Shown: positions 13,090-22,611 of the stretch, piece by piece | How the letters are laid out: every line of letters begins with the position of its first letter | Position numbering within the stretch: the stretch's first letter is position 1 | Source: Pseudobdellovibrionaceae bacterium | GTDB lineage: Bacteria; Bdellovibrionota; Bdellovibrionia; Bdellovibrionales; UBA1609 | Length of the DNA stretch: 62,694 nt | Direction of reading: 5' to 3' | Assembly: GCA_030591685.1 (NCBI GenBank) | Contig: JAUVAX010000011.1 | Coordinates: 1-62,694 of the forward strand | Program-made: the position numbers and the translations under genes | The notes under the pieces: generated by a model | Database searches by the model: none | Told to the model about the DNA's origin: nothing | What the model saw: only the letters and a program-made list of their open reading frames with translations

Positions 13090-14038
13090 TTTTTCTAATA
13101 AAGGCCTGGGCTCTTTTGTTTTCAATCCACATCTTTAATTGATGACTAATCGCCTGAGCCATAAGCTGACCACGAATGTTTCGCTTCACTTTTGAAAGCT
13201 CAGGGTTTTCAACAAGGGATTTTTTTATAAGCTTAACAATTTGAAATCCAAAAGAAGTTTTAATGATTTTTGTATAGGACCCGGTTTTAATATTGTGTAT
13301 TTCCTTTTCAACTTCAGGCCTCATGTCACCATCTTTAACAGCACCCATAAAGCCTCCGGCTGTAAAATTAGGGTCTTCACTGTGCTGTTCCGCTACCTCA
13401 TCAAAAGGGGCCGTGGACAGTTTATTATGTGCGACGGTTGCTTTGGCAAGGGCCTCTTTTGCGCCGCCATTTGCGTTTAAAAATAAAATGTGAGCTAAAT
13501 GGTATTCGAACAATTGTGTGTTTTTGTTTCCAAACTTTGAAATATAAAAAGTAGTTATGTCATCATCAGTGACTTTTACCTGCGACTGTATTTCCTTTTG
13601 AATGAGCGAGCGCCGCTCAATAGTTTTTTTAATATAGTCTTGATAGTCAGAAAATTTAATATTTTTTTGTTTTAAAGTTTGCTTAAGCTGCTTTCTAGTA
13701 ATCCCGCGACCATTATTAGCGGATCGAGTGACATTTCTAATTTCCTTTTCAACTTGTTCGATGGTTGCCTGTAAGTTTTGTCGTTTAATTTCGACATCTA
13801 AAAGCTTTTCGTCAATAAGGTGGTCTAAAAGGTATGTTCTGTTTTTTAATAGTTTTTGAGGGTCACGGAGTGTAAGCAGGGCGTTGTCTATTAGCCCGCC
13901 AGACTTAAGCTTATGGTGGTACTCAGTGACGTCAGATTCGGTGAGGATCTCACTGTTTACAATAACAAGAATACGGTCAACAACCTTTGCGTAAGTGAGC
14001 TGGGGGGTTAAGAAAAATAAAAGAGCTAAAAGTTTCAT
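13079..14038 (-). CDS. surA: SurA-like periplasmic chaperone/parvulin PPIase
   Basis: Signal peptide, VVDRILVIVNSEILT SurA N-domain, LAHIL...FDEVA..HSED...GG parvulin; surA-pdxA linkage. Confidence 0.85.
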   Translation of the reverse strand: MKLLALLFFLTPQLTYAKVVDRILVIVNSEILTESDVTEYHHKLKSGGLIDNALLTLRDPQKLLKNRTYLLDHLIDEKLLDVEIKRQNLQATIEQVEKEIRNVTRSANNGRGITRKQLKQTLKQKNIKFSDYQDYIKKTIERRSLIQKEIQSQVKVTDDDITTFYISKFGNKNTQLFEYHLAHILFLNANGGAKEALAKATVAHNKLSTAPFDEVAEQHSEDPNFTAGGFMGAVKDGDMRPEVEKEIHNIKTGSYTKIIKTSFGFQIVKLIKKSLVENPELSKVKRNIRGQLMAQAISHQLKMWIENKRAQAFIRKNGK

Positions 14039-15054
14039 TTACGAGCCTTTGTTTTTATATGAATATTATCAATAACTTCAGCATTTTTGAAAACACGAGT
14101 TTTCTGAATTTGCTTCTCTAACCATGCTGTATATACACCTTGCTCACGTTTTTCAATAAGCTGCGAGCTAATTTTTGCCCTAACCTGCCTGTATTTAACC
14201 TGAACCGGCGATTTCTTCTTTAAAACCTTAAATATATGATAACCGTAGGGGCTTTTTATAATATGAGACCTTTCTCCGACGCGCATACTAAAAGCCTTGT
14301 CAAAGACCTCAGATGTTCCCCGCTCGATCCAACCTAAATGACCGCCTAGCTTAGCCTCCGGGGTTATTGAAAACTTTTTGGCTAAAGAAGAAAGAGATTT
14401 CTTTTTCTTAAGGTGCCCTAGAATTGTCTTTGCCTCAGATTCACTGGACAAAACAATTTGTATTAATTTAACGCTTCCAGGCTTAGAAAAATCAGACCTG
14501 TGGTTTCCAAAAAAAATTTTCATTTCATGTTCTGTTGGCAAGGTCACAGAGGCATTTATTTTTTTAATGACAAGCTTATGAAGTAAGCTAAATCGAATTT
14601 TTGACTGCCACTCCTTAAGTGAAAGTCCCTCAAGGCTTAGGGCCCTCCTAAAGGTTATGTCATCAGGATAAGAGGAGCGTATACTGTTAATCTCAGCGAG
14701 CCATCCATCATCACCGTCTTTATGAATGCGGATTTTGTTTTTCTTTGCCCAGTCTCGAGTTATAACTTGAAGCATGAAGTTGTTTATTACTTTTTGTTTT
14801 GCGCGCTTAACAAGGTATTCATTTCGAACAGTTGTGGGAGTAAGGTGCTTAAGTTGTCTTGCTAAACGGTCCGCAAACTCTTTGGTGCTTAACGTAGATT
14901 GATTGACCTTAAGTACCTTTATAGTAGTTAAATCGTTTTTCTTAGAAAAGCATGATGTTAAGAGCATTGCAGTCAAAAAAAGCAGCCCATTAATGACCAC
15001 TTTTTGAGAAATTGGAACAATGTTTAGTTTATAATACTGGCTAAAATTTAACAC
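14035..15054 (-). CDS. Parvulin-type PPIase lipoprotein (PrsA/PpiC-like)
   Basis: Lipobox LTSC; LAKKFSITPEAKLGGHLGW, SPYGYHIFKV; start uncertain. Confidence 0.85.
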   Translation of the reverse strand: MLNFSQYYKLNIVPISQKVVINGLLFLTAMLLTSCFSKKNDLTTIKVLKVNQSTLSTKEFADRLARQLKHLTPTTVRNEYLVKRAKQKVINNFMLQVITRDWAKKNKIRIHKDGDDGWLAEINSIRSSYPDDITFRRALSLEGLSLKEWQSKIRFSLLHKLVIKKINASVTLPTEHEMKIFFGNHRSDFSKPGSVKLIQIVLSSESEAKTILGHLKKKKSLSSLAKKFSITPEAKLGGHLGWIERGTSEVFDKAFSMRVGERSHIIKSPYGYHIFKVLKKKSPVQVKYRQVRAKISSQLIEKREQGVYTAWLEKQIQKTRVFKNAEVIDNIHIKTKARK

Positions 15055-15868
15055 CCTTTAAAGCTCCGCGGTTAACAGAAATAGTATAGCTTTTTTTAAG
15101 GGCCTTAAAAAAAGCATTGAATATTCGTTTTCGTTTTTCTTCGAAAACAACTTGTCGCAGTTGTCGCTTGTCCGCATCTTTGTATCGATTGATCCCGGTT
15201 AGTTTTATAATATGATAGCCAAACCGTGTTTCAACGAGGCCCGAATAGACCTTGTTTTTCTTAAGTGTTCTTGCTGCGTTATAATAAGTAGGGACGGCGG
15301 TGACTCTGGATTGATACCCAATGTCTCCACCAGAGGCCTTAGATAAAGAATCGTTTGAATAGATTTGCACTAACTCTTCAAAAGATTTTTTAGAGGTTTT
15401 AACCTTTTTTAAGACCTCAAGGGCTGCTTTTTTTGCTTTTAGTTTTTCACTCTTGCTCGCTCCGGGCTTGAACTCAATAAGGATGTGACTTGTGCTTAAC
15501 TCGGGGCTCCGTTTATATTCAGCCCTCATTTCTTTTTCAGAGACTTTAATTCGTTGAACCTTTTTTCCGAGCTCACGCTCAAGTAAGAACTTGTAAATTT
15601 CTTGTTTCATTCGCTCTTTAATGAGGGGGTCATTGTTATATTTTCTTTTTTTCGCCTCAAGAACGCCCATTTCATAGCGAATTAAATCTTCTAAGAAGAC
15701 CTTAGTGCTGGGACGATTAAAAGCACTGGTTGTTGTTTTGTATTGTTTTTTGAACTCACTTAGGCGGATGGTTTTGTTTCCAATCTTCGCAACAATGGGG
15801 TCATTTTTTTTAGCCATTGCTGGGTGAAAAACAAATAAGCATAAGAAAAACGCAAAGATTTTTATCAT
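15041..15868 (-). CDS. Parvulin-type PPIase, exported
   Basis: ATG 15868 with GGAGA RBS and signal peptide (AMA|K); SHILI, FEELV..YSND...GGDIG, ETRFGYHII. Confidence 0.9.
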   Translation of the reverse strand: MIKIFAFFLCLFVFHPAMAKKNDPIVAKIGNKTIRLSEFKKQYKTTTSAFNRPSTKVFLEDLIRYEMGVLEAKKRKYNNDPLIKERMKQEIYKFLLERELGKKVQRIKVSEKEMRAEYKRSPELSTSHILIEFKPGASKSEKLKAKKAALEVLKKVKTSKKSFEELVQIYSNDSLSKASGGDIGYQSRVTAVPTYYNAARTLKKNKVYSGLVETRFGYHIIKLTGINRYKDADKRQLRQVVFEEKRKRIFNAFFKALKKSYTISVNRGALKGVKF

Positions 15869-15917
15869 GTAAATTCTCCAAAGGTTAAAATGCGTTGCAT
15901 AAATGATAGCTCTGGGG

Positions 15918-16562
15918 TTACGTTTGAGCAATGAGTTTGCAGACTTTATGTTTTGCGTTAGTGAGGCGAGCCTCAAGATTTTCAGCAAATTCGGGTGATT
16001 TAGCCGGGTCTGTCTTGTTGATAAACAAAGGGTCTTTATCAATAAGAACAAGAACCTTTGCAAAAGGCCTTGGCAAATACGTTTTATTCCATGATTTTTT
16101 AAAATGAAAAGCCTCAGTACATGTTGCAGAAAGAGGGTATATCTTGGCTCCAGAAATTTTTGAAAGCTCAAAAACGCCGGGCTTGACCTTATAAATCGGC
16201 CCCTTTGGCCCGTCCACAGCAATGCTCGCAGGGTTTCCACTCTTTATAAGGCGAATAAGCCCCCTTAAGGCCTGAGCCCCTCCACGAGTTGATGACCCTC
16301 TTGAGGTCGTCCCACCAAGTCGTAAAAGAACTTGATTCATGAGGTTGCCGTCTTTTGATGTAGAGGCCATAGTGCTTAAACCATAGCGGGTGACTATGTG
16401 CAGCAGAGCTAATTCATCGCCATGCCAGTGAGCTAAAATAATGGGCTGGCCAGCTTTTATGGATCTTTTGAACTCTTCAGACTCAACAACGCGAACACGC
16501 CAGGTGAAATAAAAAAGGCGATATAGGCCCCAAATTAAAAATGACAAGACCTTTGTTTTCAC
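15918..16562 (-). CDS. DUF374 / lysophospholipid acyltransferase-family protein
   Basis: AHWHG, SKDG, RGSSTRGG, VDGPKGP, SW..PRPF motifs. Confidence 0.88.
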   Translation of the reverse strand: MKTKVLSFLIWGLYRLFYFTWRVRVVESEEFKRSIKAGQPIILAHWHGDELALLHIVTRYGLSTMASTSKDGNLMNQVLLRLGGTTSRGSSTRGGAQALRGLIRLIKSGNPASIAVDGPKGPIYKVKPGVFELSKISGAKIYPLSATCTEAFHFKKSWNKTYLPRPFAKVLVLIDKDPLFINKTDPAKSPEFAENLEARLTNAKHKVCKLIAQT

Positions 16563-16582
16563 TTACGTGGACCCCTTAGTTT

Positions 16583-17545
16583 TTAAAGAAGATTTTTAAA
16601 CTCTTCTGTTAGCTTTGGGACAACCTCAAAAACATCACCAACAATACCGTAAGTTGCTTTTTTGAAGATAGGAGCCTCAGGGTCTTTGTTTATGGCCACA
16701 ATAACTTTTGAACCTGTCATGCCAGCAAGATGTTGTATGGCGCCTGATATTCCGCAGGCTATGTACAAAGAGGGCGCAACAGTTTTACCCGTTTGACCAA
16801 CTTGATAACTATGGGGCACCCATTCGGCATCAACAATGGCGCGAGAGGCACCCAGAGTAGCGCCAAGGGTTTTAGCAAGGGGTTCAAGAATTTTATACCC
16901 CTCTTTATCGCGCAGGCCTCGGCCCCCAGCAACAATTATATTTGCCTCCGTAAGGTCAAGGGTTTCAGAGGTCCCTTTTACAATATCTTTTATAATTGTG
17001 CTTAAGTTTGTTGATTCAACAGCAAGGCTTGAGGTTTCGGCGGAGGCCGTAGAGTCGGGCTCTCCTATGGGCAATTGATTAGCTCGCATAAGAACAATTT
17101 TTTGCTCACTATTTTGAAACGTCACTTCAGCAGTGCATTTATCAGAATAAAGGGGCTTTTTAACAGTCAATTTTTCATCTTGTAAGTCAATAGAAACACA
17201 ATCACTAGCAAGGCCGGCATTAAGCCGAGCCGCCACTCTTGGGAAAAGGTCTTTAGCCAACGTGGTTGATGAGGCGAGAACAATATTTGAGGAGGCCTCA
17301 ATGATAGCCCTTGAGACAAGGTCAGAGAAAACCTCTGAATTGTAGTTTTTTAAAGAATCGTCACTAGAAACAATGACCTTGTGGGCTCCATAGTGTGCCG
17401 CCTTCTTTGCTGCTAAACTACAGTCATCGCCGATGAGCAAGGCGGTCACGGGGTTTCCAGAGTTTTTAGCTAATGTTAAAAGCTCCAGGCTACCGTTTTT
17501 GAGTTGATCACCAGTAAATTCACAAAATACGAGTACGTTTGGCAT
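16583..17545 (-). CDS. etfA: Electron transfer flavoprotein alpha
   Basis: [47 protein letters not shown]. Confidence 0.97.
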   Translation of the reverse strand: MPNVLVFCEFTGDQLKNGSLELLTLAKNSGNPVTALLIGDDCSLAAKKAAHYGAHKVIVSSDDSLKNYNSEVFSDLVSRAIIEASSNIVLASSTTLAKDLFPRVAARLNAGLASDCVSIDLQDEKLTVKKPLYSDKCTAEVTFQNSEQKIVLMRANQLPIGEPDSTASAETSSLAVESTNLSTIIKDIVKGTSETLDLTEANIIVAGGRGLRDKEGYKILEPLAKTLGATLGASRAIVDAEWVPHSYQVGQTGKTVAPSLYIACGISGAIQHLAGMTGSKVIVAINKDPEAPIFKKATYGIVGDVFEVVPKLTEEFKNLL

Positions 17546-17566
17546 TAAGAGTTCCTCCTGTCAGGG

Positions 17567-18340
17567 TTAAATAACCTTTGCTTCTTCTCGGAGAAGTAAA
17601 GCGAGTTTGTTGGCTTGCTCGGCAGCGTCGCCATCAATCATTTTTATGGGCGGCTTTGGCGGGGGCAACTGAAGCCCTTTGAAAATTATTTTAATGTCCT
17701 CAGGTGAATGCTCAAGCGCTTCAAGCTCTAACTCTTTTAGGGGCTTTTTTTTGGCCTTCATGATGCCCGGGAGGCTTGCATATCTAGGCTTGTTAAGGCC
17801 CTTGTTGGCGCCTATGACATTTGCTCCATTAAGTTGGATGATTTCTTTTGTGCCGCCTTCAGTTTCGCGCTCAACAGTAACGCTGGCATTGTCATATTGA
17901 AATTTAGATATGGGCACGGCATGGGGGATATTTAAAAACTCAGCAAGCATTTGGGTAACACTCGAATTATTATTATCAATCGCCATTTTACCAGTAAAAA
18001 TTTGATCGTATTCACCCTCAAGCTTGATAGCTTTTGATAAGGCTTTTGCCGTGGCAAAGGCATCTAAATTATCAGGAGCATTGATGAGTATGCCTTCATC
18101 GGCCCCCATTGCTAGAGCCGTCCGAAGCACGTCAGTAGACCGTTTTTTAGGACCAAGGCTTAGAACTTTAACCTGACCCCCTTGAGAGGTTTTTAACTGC
18201 AGGGCCTCTTCAACCGCTAATTCATCATAAGGGTTCATAATCCATTTAATGTCATTATCGCGAATACTTGACCCGTCTTCAGAAATATTAATTTTAGATT
18301 CAGTATCGGGGACTGGCTTTATACATACAAAAATATTCAT
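17567..18340 (-). CDS. etfB: Electron transfer flavoprotein beta
   Basis: MNIFVCIKPVPD start (GGAG RBS), MNPYDELAVEEAL, ALAMGAD, PRYASL..IMKAKKK. Confidence 0.97.
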   Translation of the reverse strand: MNIFVCIKPVPDTESKINISEDGSSIRDNDIKWIMNPYDELAVEEALQLKTSQGGQVKVLSLGPKKRSTDVLRTALAMGADEGILINAPDNLDAFATAKALSKAIKLEGEYDQIFTGKMAIDNNNSSVTQMLAEFLNIPHAVPISKFQYDNASVTVERETEGGTKEIIQLNGANVIGANKGLNKPRYASLPGIMKAKKKPLKELELEALEHSPEDIKIIFKGLQLPPPKPPIKMIDGDAAEQANKLALLLREEAKVI

Positions 18341-18585
18341 ATTTTGAGGCTCCAATTTTAAACACCTTCTTATATTAAAAGCCTTGAGAGTTGGCAATGA
18401 TATGCTTAAAATCGAAAGAAAATATAAACATAACGCAGGCACCAAAAACCAGGGTCGAGAAGAAAGCCTTATTAATTTAAGCGTCTCCAAAAGAAGAGGG
18501 CATCAAATTAGTTAGACAAGGTGGCTAATTAAAGTTATTTATGGCCCCCTAGCGGAATAGGTCTAAATGTTGAGTCGAGGAAACT

Positions 18586-19248
18586 ATGTCAAAAAATAAT
18601 TATTTTTCATCGAGCGTCGGTAAAAAACAGCTCATGGGCATTACAGGGCTTGCACTTTGTGGGTTTTTATTTGCACATGTTTCTGGAAATTTTTTATTAT
18701 TTGTGGGCGCAAAAGAATATAACATGTATAGTCATGCGCTTATTTCAAACCCATTTTTGGTTTTAGCTGAGCTAGGTTTAGTTTTATTTATACTCATTCA
18801 TATGGTGCAGGCCTTTGTTTTAACTCGCATGAATAAAGAGGCAAGGCCTGTGAAGTACGCCATTAAGGCTAAAGGGGAAAAGGCGACCTCTTTGGTGAGC
18901 ACCTACATGTGGCAACAGGGCGTCATAATATTAGTGTTTATAGCTCTTCACTTGTGGACGTTTAAGTATGGAGAGGTCATATATGCTGAGTACGACGGGG
19001 TGCAGGTTCGTGACCTTTTTGGGCTTGTTGTTCAAGTTTTTCAAAGCCCAATTTATTTGGCAGGGTACCTGCTCGCACTTTTAGTTCTGGGGTTGCACTT
19101 AAGCCATGGATTTCAGTCGACATTTAAAACAATGGGTTTTAACCACCCAAAGTACGAACCAAAATTAAAACTCATGGGGCATAGCTTTGCCGCTTATGTG
19201 GCCCTAGGCTTTATGGTTCAACCTGTTTATATTTATTTATTTCATTAA
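18586..19248 (+). CDS. sdhC: Succinate dehydrogenase/fumarate reductase cytochrome b558 subunit
   Basis: SSVGKK.LMGITG, heme-ligand His in TM helices, HLSHGFQS. Confidence 0.93.
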   Translation: MSKNNYFSSSVGKKQLMGITGLALCGFLFAHVSGNFLLFVGAKEYNMYSHALISNPFLVLAELGLVLFILIHMVQAFVLTRMNKEARPVKYAIKAKGEKATSLVSTYMWQQGVIILVFIALHLWTFKYGEVIYAEYDGVQVRDLFGLVVQVFQSPIYLAGYLLALLVLGLHLSHGFQSTFKTMGFNHPKYEPKLKLMGHSFAAYVALGFMVQPVYIYLFH

Positions 19249-19264
19249 GAGAGGTTCTAAAAGT

Positions 19265-21181
19265 ATGTTGGATGCAAAAATACCAAACGGTCCGATTAAA
19301 AGTAAGTGGGAGCAGCATCGATTTAATTGCAAAAGGGTAAATCCAGCGAATCGAAGAAAATATGATATTTTAGTTGTGGGCACAGGGCTGGCGGGAGCCT
19401 CAGCGGCAGCGTCTTTGGCCGAAATGGGTTACAAGGTAAAGTCTTTTTGTATTCAAGACTCTGCTCGACGGGCCCATTCCATAGCGGCGCAAGGGGGGAT
19501 CAATGCAGCTAAAAATTACCCCAATGATGGAGACTCGGTTTGGAACCTTTTTTATGACACCGTTAAAGGTGGTGATTACAGATCTCGAGAGTCAAACGTT
19601 TATCGACTATCAGAGGTTTCAAATAATATAATTGATCAGTGTGTAGCCCAAGGCGTCCCCTTTGCCCGGGAGTATGGGGGCATGCTCGATAACCGATCTT
19701 TTGGCGGCGCCCAAGTTTCAAGAACATTTTATGCGAAAGGGCAAACCGGGCAGCAACTACTTATTGGTGCTTACCAAGCGTTGTCACGTCAAATTGGTAA
19801 GGGCAATGTCGAGATGTTTCATCGAAGAGAAATGTTAGACCTTGTTACCGTTGACGGAGTAGCCCGCGGAATTACGACAAGAAACTTAGTGAATGGTGAA
19901 ATAGAAAGCCATTCAGGTCACGCTGTTTTGCTTTGCACAGGCGGATACGGCAACGTGTTTTATTTATCAACAAACGCAATGAATTCAAATGCCACCGCGG
20001 CTTATAGGTGTACAAAAAAGGGGGCTTACTTTGCGAACCCCTGTTATACGCAAATACACCCGACATGTATCCCCGTCTCTGGGGAGTATCAATCAAAGTT
20101 AACCCTCATGTCTGAGTCATTAAGAAATGATGGGCGCATATGGGTGCCAAAAAACAAGGGTGACAATCGGCCGCCACTTGAAATCCCCGAAGAAGAACGG
20201 GACTATTACTTAGAAAGAATTTACCCAAGCTTTGGAAACCTCGTGCCGAGAGACGTGGCTTCAAGACAAGCTAAGTTCAGAGTAGACGAAGGCCGCGGCG
20301 TTGGTAAAACAGGCATTGCTGTGTATTTAGATTTTTCTGATGCCATCGCCCGATTAGGTAAAAAAGCTGTGAGCGCTAAGTATAGTAATTTATTTGAAAT
20401 GTATGAAAAAATAACGGGAGAAGACCCTTATACTGTTCCGATGAAAATATACCCGGCCGTTCACTATACTATGGGGGGCCTTTGGGTTGATTATAACTTG
20501 CAGTCTACAGTGCCAGGGCTTCATGTGTTGGGAGAGGCTAACTTTTCAGACCACGGAGCTAACCGGTTAGGGGCCTCAGCCCTTATGCAGGGTTTGGCTG
20601 ATGGATACTTTGTAATACCCTATACCCTCGGTAATTATATCGGCAGTAGTGATTTACCAGAAATTTCAACGGACCATGAGGCCTTTAAGTTGAGTCGCAA
20701 AGAGGTTGAAGAGAGTTTAAGTAAACTACTTAACATAAAGGGTGAAAAATTAGTTGATGAATACCACAGAGATTTAGGGGCCATTATGTGGGAGCGAGTG
20801 GGGATGTCTCGAAACGAAGAAGGTTTAAAAAAAGCCATTACTGAAATTTCTGCTTTACGAGAAGATTTTTGGAAAAATGTTAAGATTTCTGGCGAGGGAA
20901 CCCATTTGAACGCGGAGCTAGAGAAGGCGGCGCGAGTGGCTGACTTTTTAGAGTTAGGAGAGCTGATGGCTCGAGACGCTCTTGAAAGAAAAGAGTCTTG
21001 CGGTGGGCACTTTAGAGAAGAGCACCAAAGTCAGGACAATGAGGCCAAAAGAGATGATGAAAACTTTTGCCATGTCGCTGCCTGGGAATACACAGGGAGC
21101 AAAAACAACCCCTCTTGGTCTCGCCATACAGAGAAGTTAGATTTTGAAAGCGTAAAACTTGTAACTAGAAGTTATAAATAG
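19265..21181 (+). CDS. sdhA: Succinate dehydrogenase/fumarate reductase flavoprotein
   Basis: [45 protein letters not shown]. Confidence 0.97.
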   Translation: MLDAKIPNGPIKSKWEQHRFNCKRVNPANRRKYDILVVGTGLAGASAAASLAEMGYKVKSFCIQDSARRAHSIAAQGGINAAKNYPNDGDSVWNLFYDTVKGGDYRSRESNVYRLSEVSNNIIDQCVAQGVPFAREYGGMLDNRSFGGAQVSRTFYAKGQTGQQLLIGAYQALSRQIGKGNVEMFHRREMLDLVTVDGVARGITTRNLVNGEIESHSGHAVLLCTGGYGNVFYLSTNAMNSNATAAYRCTKKGAYFANPCYTQIHPTCIPVSGEYQSKLTLMSESLRNDGRIWVPKNKGDNRPPLEIPEEERDYYLERIYPSFGNLVPRDVASRQAKFRVDEGRGVGKTGIAVYLDFSDAIARLGKKAVSAKYSNLFEMYEKITGEDPYTVPMKIYPAVHYTMGGLWVDYNLQSTVPGLHVLGEANFSDHGANRLGASALMQGLADGYFVIPYTLGNYIGSSDLPEISTDHEAFKLSRKEVEESLSKLLNIKGEKLVDEYHRDLGAIMWERVGMSRNEEGLKKAITEISALREDFWKNVKISGEGTHLNAELEKAARVADFLELGELMARDALERKESCGGHFREEHQSQDNEAKRDDENFCHVAAWEYTGSKNNPSWSRHTEKLDFESVKLVTRSYK

Positions 21182-21189
21182 GATTTACT

Positions 21190-21957
21190 ATGTCTGAAAA
21201 CTCGAAAAATATGACAATACACTTAAAGCTTTGGAAGCAAGATGGCCCGAAGAGCAAGGGGGCGTTTGTAAGCCATACAGTTAAAGACGTTTCACCGGAT
21301 ATGTCTTTTTTAGAGTTAATAGACGTTGTGAACTCTGAATTTATAAAAAAGGACAAGCGCCCAGTCGAGTTTGATCACGACTGTAGAGAGGGGATTTGCG
21401 GAACATGCTCTATGGTGATTAATGGCGAAGCACATGGCCCTCAAAAGGCGACCACAACATGTCAGTTACATATGAGGTCTTTTTGTGATGGCGATACGAT
21501 TACTGTTGAGCCGTTTAGAGCTAAAACCTTTCGAGTTGTGCGTGACTTAGTCGTTGATAGAAGCTCGTTTGATCGAATTATACAAAAAGGCGGATTTGTT
21601 TCTGTTAATACAGGCAATGCGCAGGATGCAAACAATATCCCCATATCAAAGCCAGACTCTGATAGGTCTTTTTCAGCAGCAGCGTGCATTGGCTGTGGAG
21701 CCTGTGTGGCCGCTTGTAAAAACGCTTCGGCTTCACTTTTTGTGGCTGCAAAAATTACGCATTTATCGTTATTGCCACAAGGGCAACTGGAGCATCGGCA
21801 AAGGGCTTTAAACATGGTGGACCAAATGGACAAAGAGGGCTTTGGAGCCTGTACAAACACAGGAGCCTGTTCATTAGCCTGCCCGAAAGAAATTAGCTTA
21901 GACAGTATTGCCCTTATGAACCGTGAATATCTGAAATCATCTGTCAAAGAACGCTAA
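21190..21957 (+). CDS. sdhB: Succinate dehydrogenase/fumarate reductase Fe-S subunit
   Basis: [32 protein letters not shown]. Confidence 0.97.
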   Translation: MSENSKNMTIHLKLWKQDGPKSKGAFVSHTVKDVSPDMSFLELIDVVNSEFIKKDKRPVEFDHDCREGICGTCSMVINGEAHGPQKATTTCQLHMRSFCDGDTITVEPFRAKTFRVVRDLVVDRSSFDRIIQKGGFVSVNTGNAQDANNIPISKPDSDRSFSAAACIGCGACVAACKNASASLFVAAKITHLSLLPQGQLEHRQRALNMVDQMDKEGFGACTNTGACSLACPKEISLDSIALMNREYLKSSVKER

Positions 21958-22025
21958 ATTTTAAGCACTGTAACGCTGGACCTAGATATAGGTTGTAGCG
22001 GAATTATGACTCAACAGGTAGTTAG

Positions 22026-22130
22026 TTATAAACATTAGCTCACAGGCTTATCCACACTCTCATGTAAGAAAAACTTTATTTTAACCATTGAAGCTTAGCT
22101 GTGGATCATAGTCATACAGGTTGTGCATTA
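22026..22130. promoter_or_regulatory. DnaA-box cluster
   Basis: TTATCCACA 22048-22056 (perfect); one-mismatch boxes TTATAAACA 22026, TGTGGATCA 22100, TGTGCATTA 22122; all intergenic. Confidence 0.6.
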
Positions 22131-22186
22131 ATAGTGCGCACATTTGTAGGCACCCATCTTTTTGACGATCGCATCCTGATACCAAC

Positions 22187-22214
22187 TAAAGTCTAACTCA
22201 TAAAAGCCCGAAAA
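22187..22214 (+). promoter_or_regulatory. Sigma28-like promoter
   Basis: TAAAG-N15-CCCGAAAA, same spacing as the 8643 site; 26 bp before ATG 22241. Confidence 0.5.
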
Positions 22215-22240
22215 GTTTCTACAAACCATGTGGAGAGTTA

Positions 22241-22480
22241 ATGAAGTCTATTAATGATTTAATGAAAGAGCTAGGGTGGAATGAAAAGGCTAATAAATCA
22301 GTAGCAAAGGCTTTTATAAAAAACCTCACTAAGGCGGCGAAGGAAAATTCAAAACCTCAGCCACTAAAGCCTGTTCTATCTAAAGGTCTAGCTTTTAAAA
22401 GAAAAAAAGACCTAAATCAGCAGTTGAGTTTTGACTTAGATCCCGACAAGCCCCTGTTGGATTTAAAGAAGACCTCGTAA
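22241..22480 (+). CDS. Small basic hypothetical protein with QLSF clamp-binding-like motif
   Basis: 79 aa, GGAGAG RBS, fills an intergenic gap; two N-terminal helices, Lys/Pro linker, QQLSFD near C-terminus. Confidence 0.75.
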   Translation: MKSINDLMKELGWNEKANKSVAKAFIKNLTKAAKENSKPQPLKPVLSKGLAFKRKKDLNQQLSFDLDPDKPLLDLKKTS

Positions 22481-22611
22481 TAAGGTCTAATTATAGCAAG
22501 CATAAGTCATTATATATTACTAACATCCCAATTCATTGGTACCATTTTGGAACTAGATTAAGCAAATCACCAGGACGGTGAAAAAATGTATACCGAAGGA
22601 TTGGAGAGAGA

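Noticed and set aside
15869..16240. ORF-track N-terminal extension of the PPIase (similarly etfB 18341-18490, atpE 8049-8156, gatA 46663-46719)
   Set aside because: Overlap neighbouring genes or promoters; downstream ATGs have an RBS and family-typical N-termini
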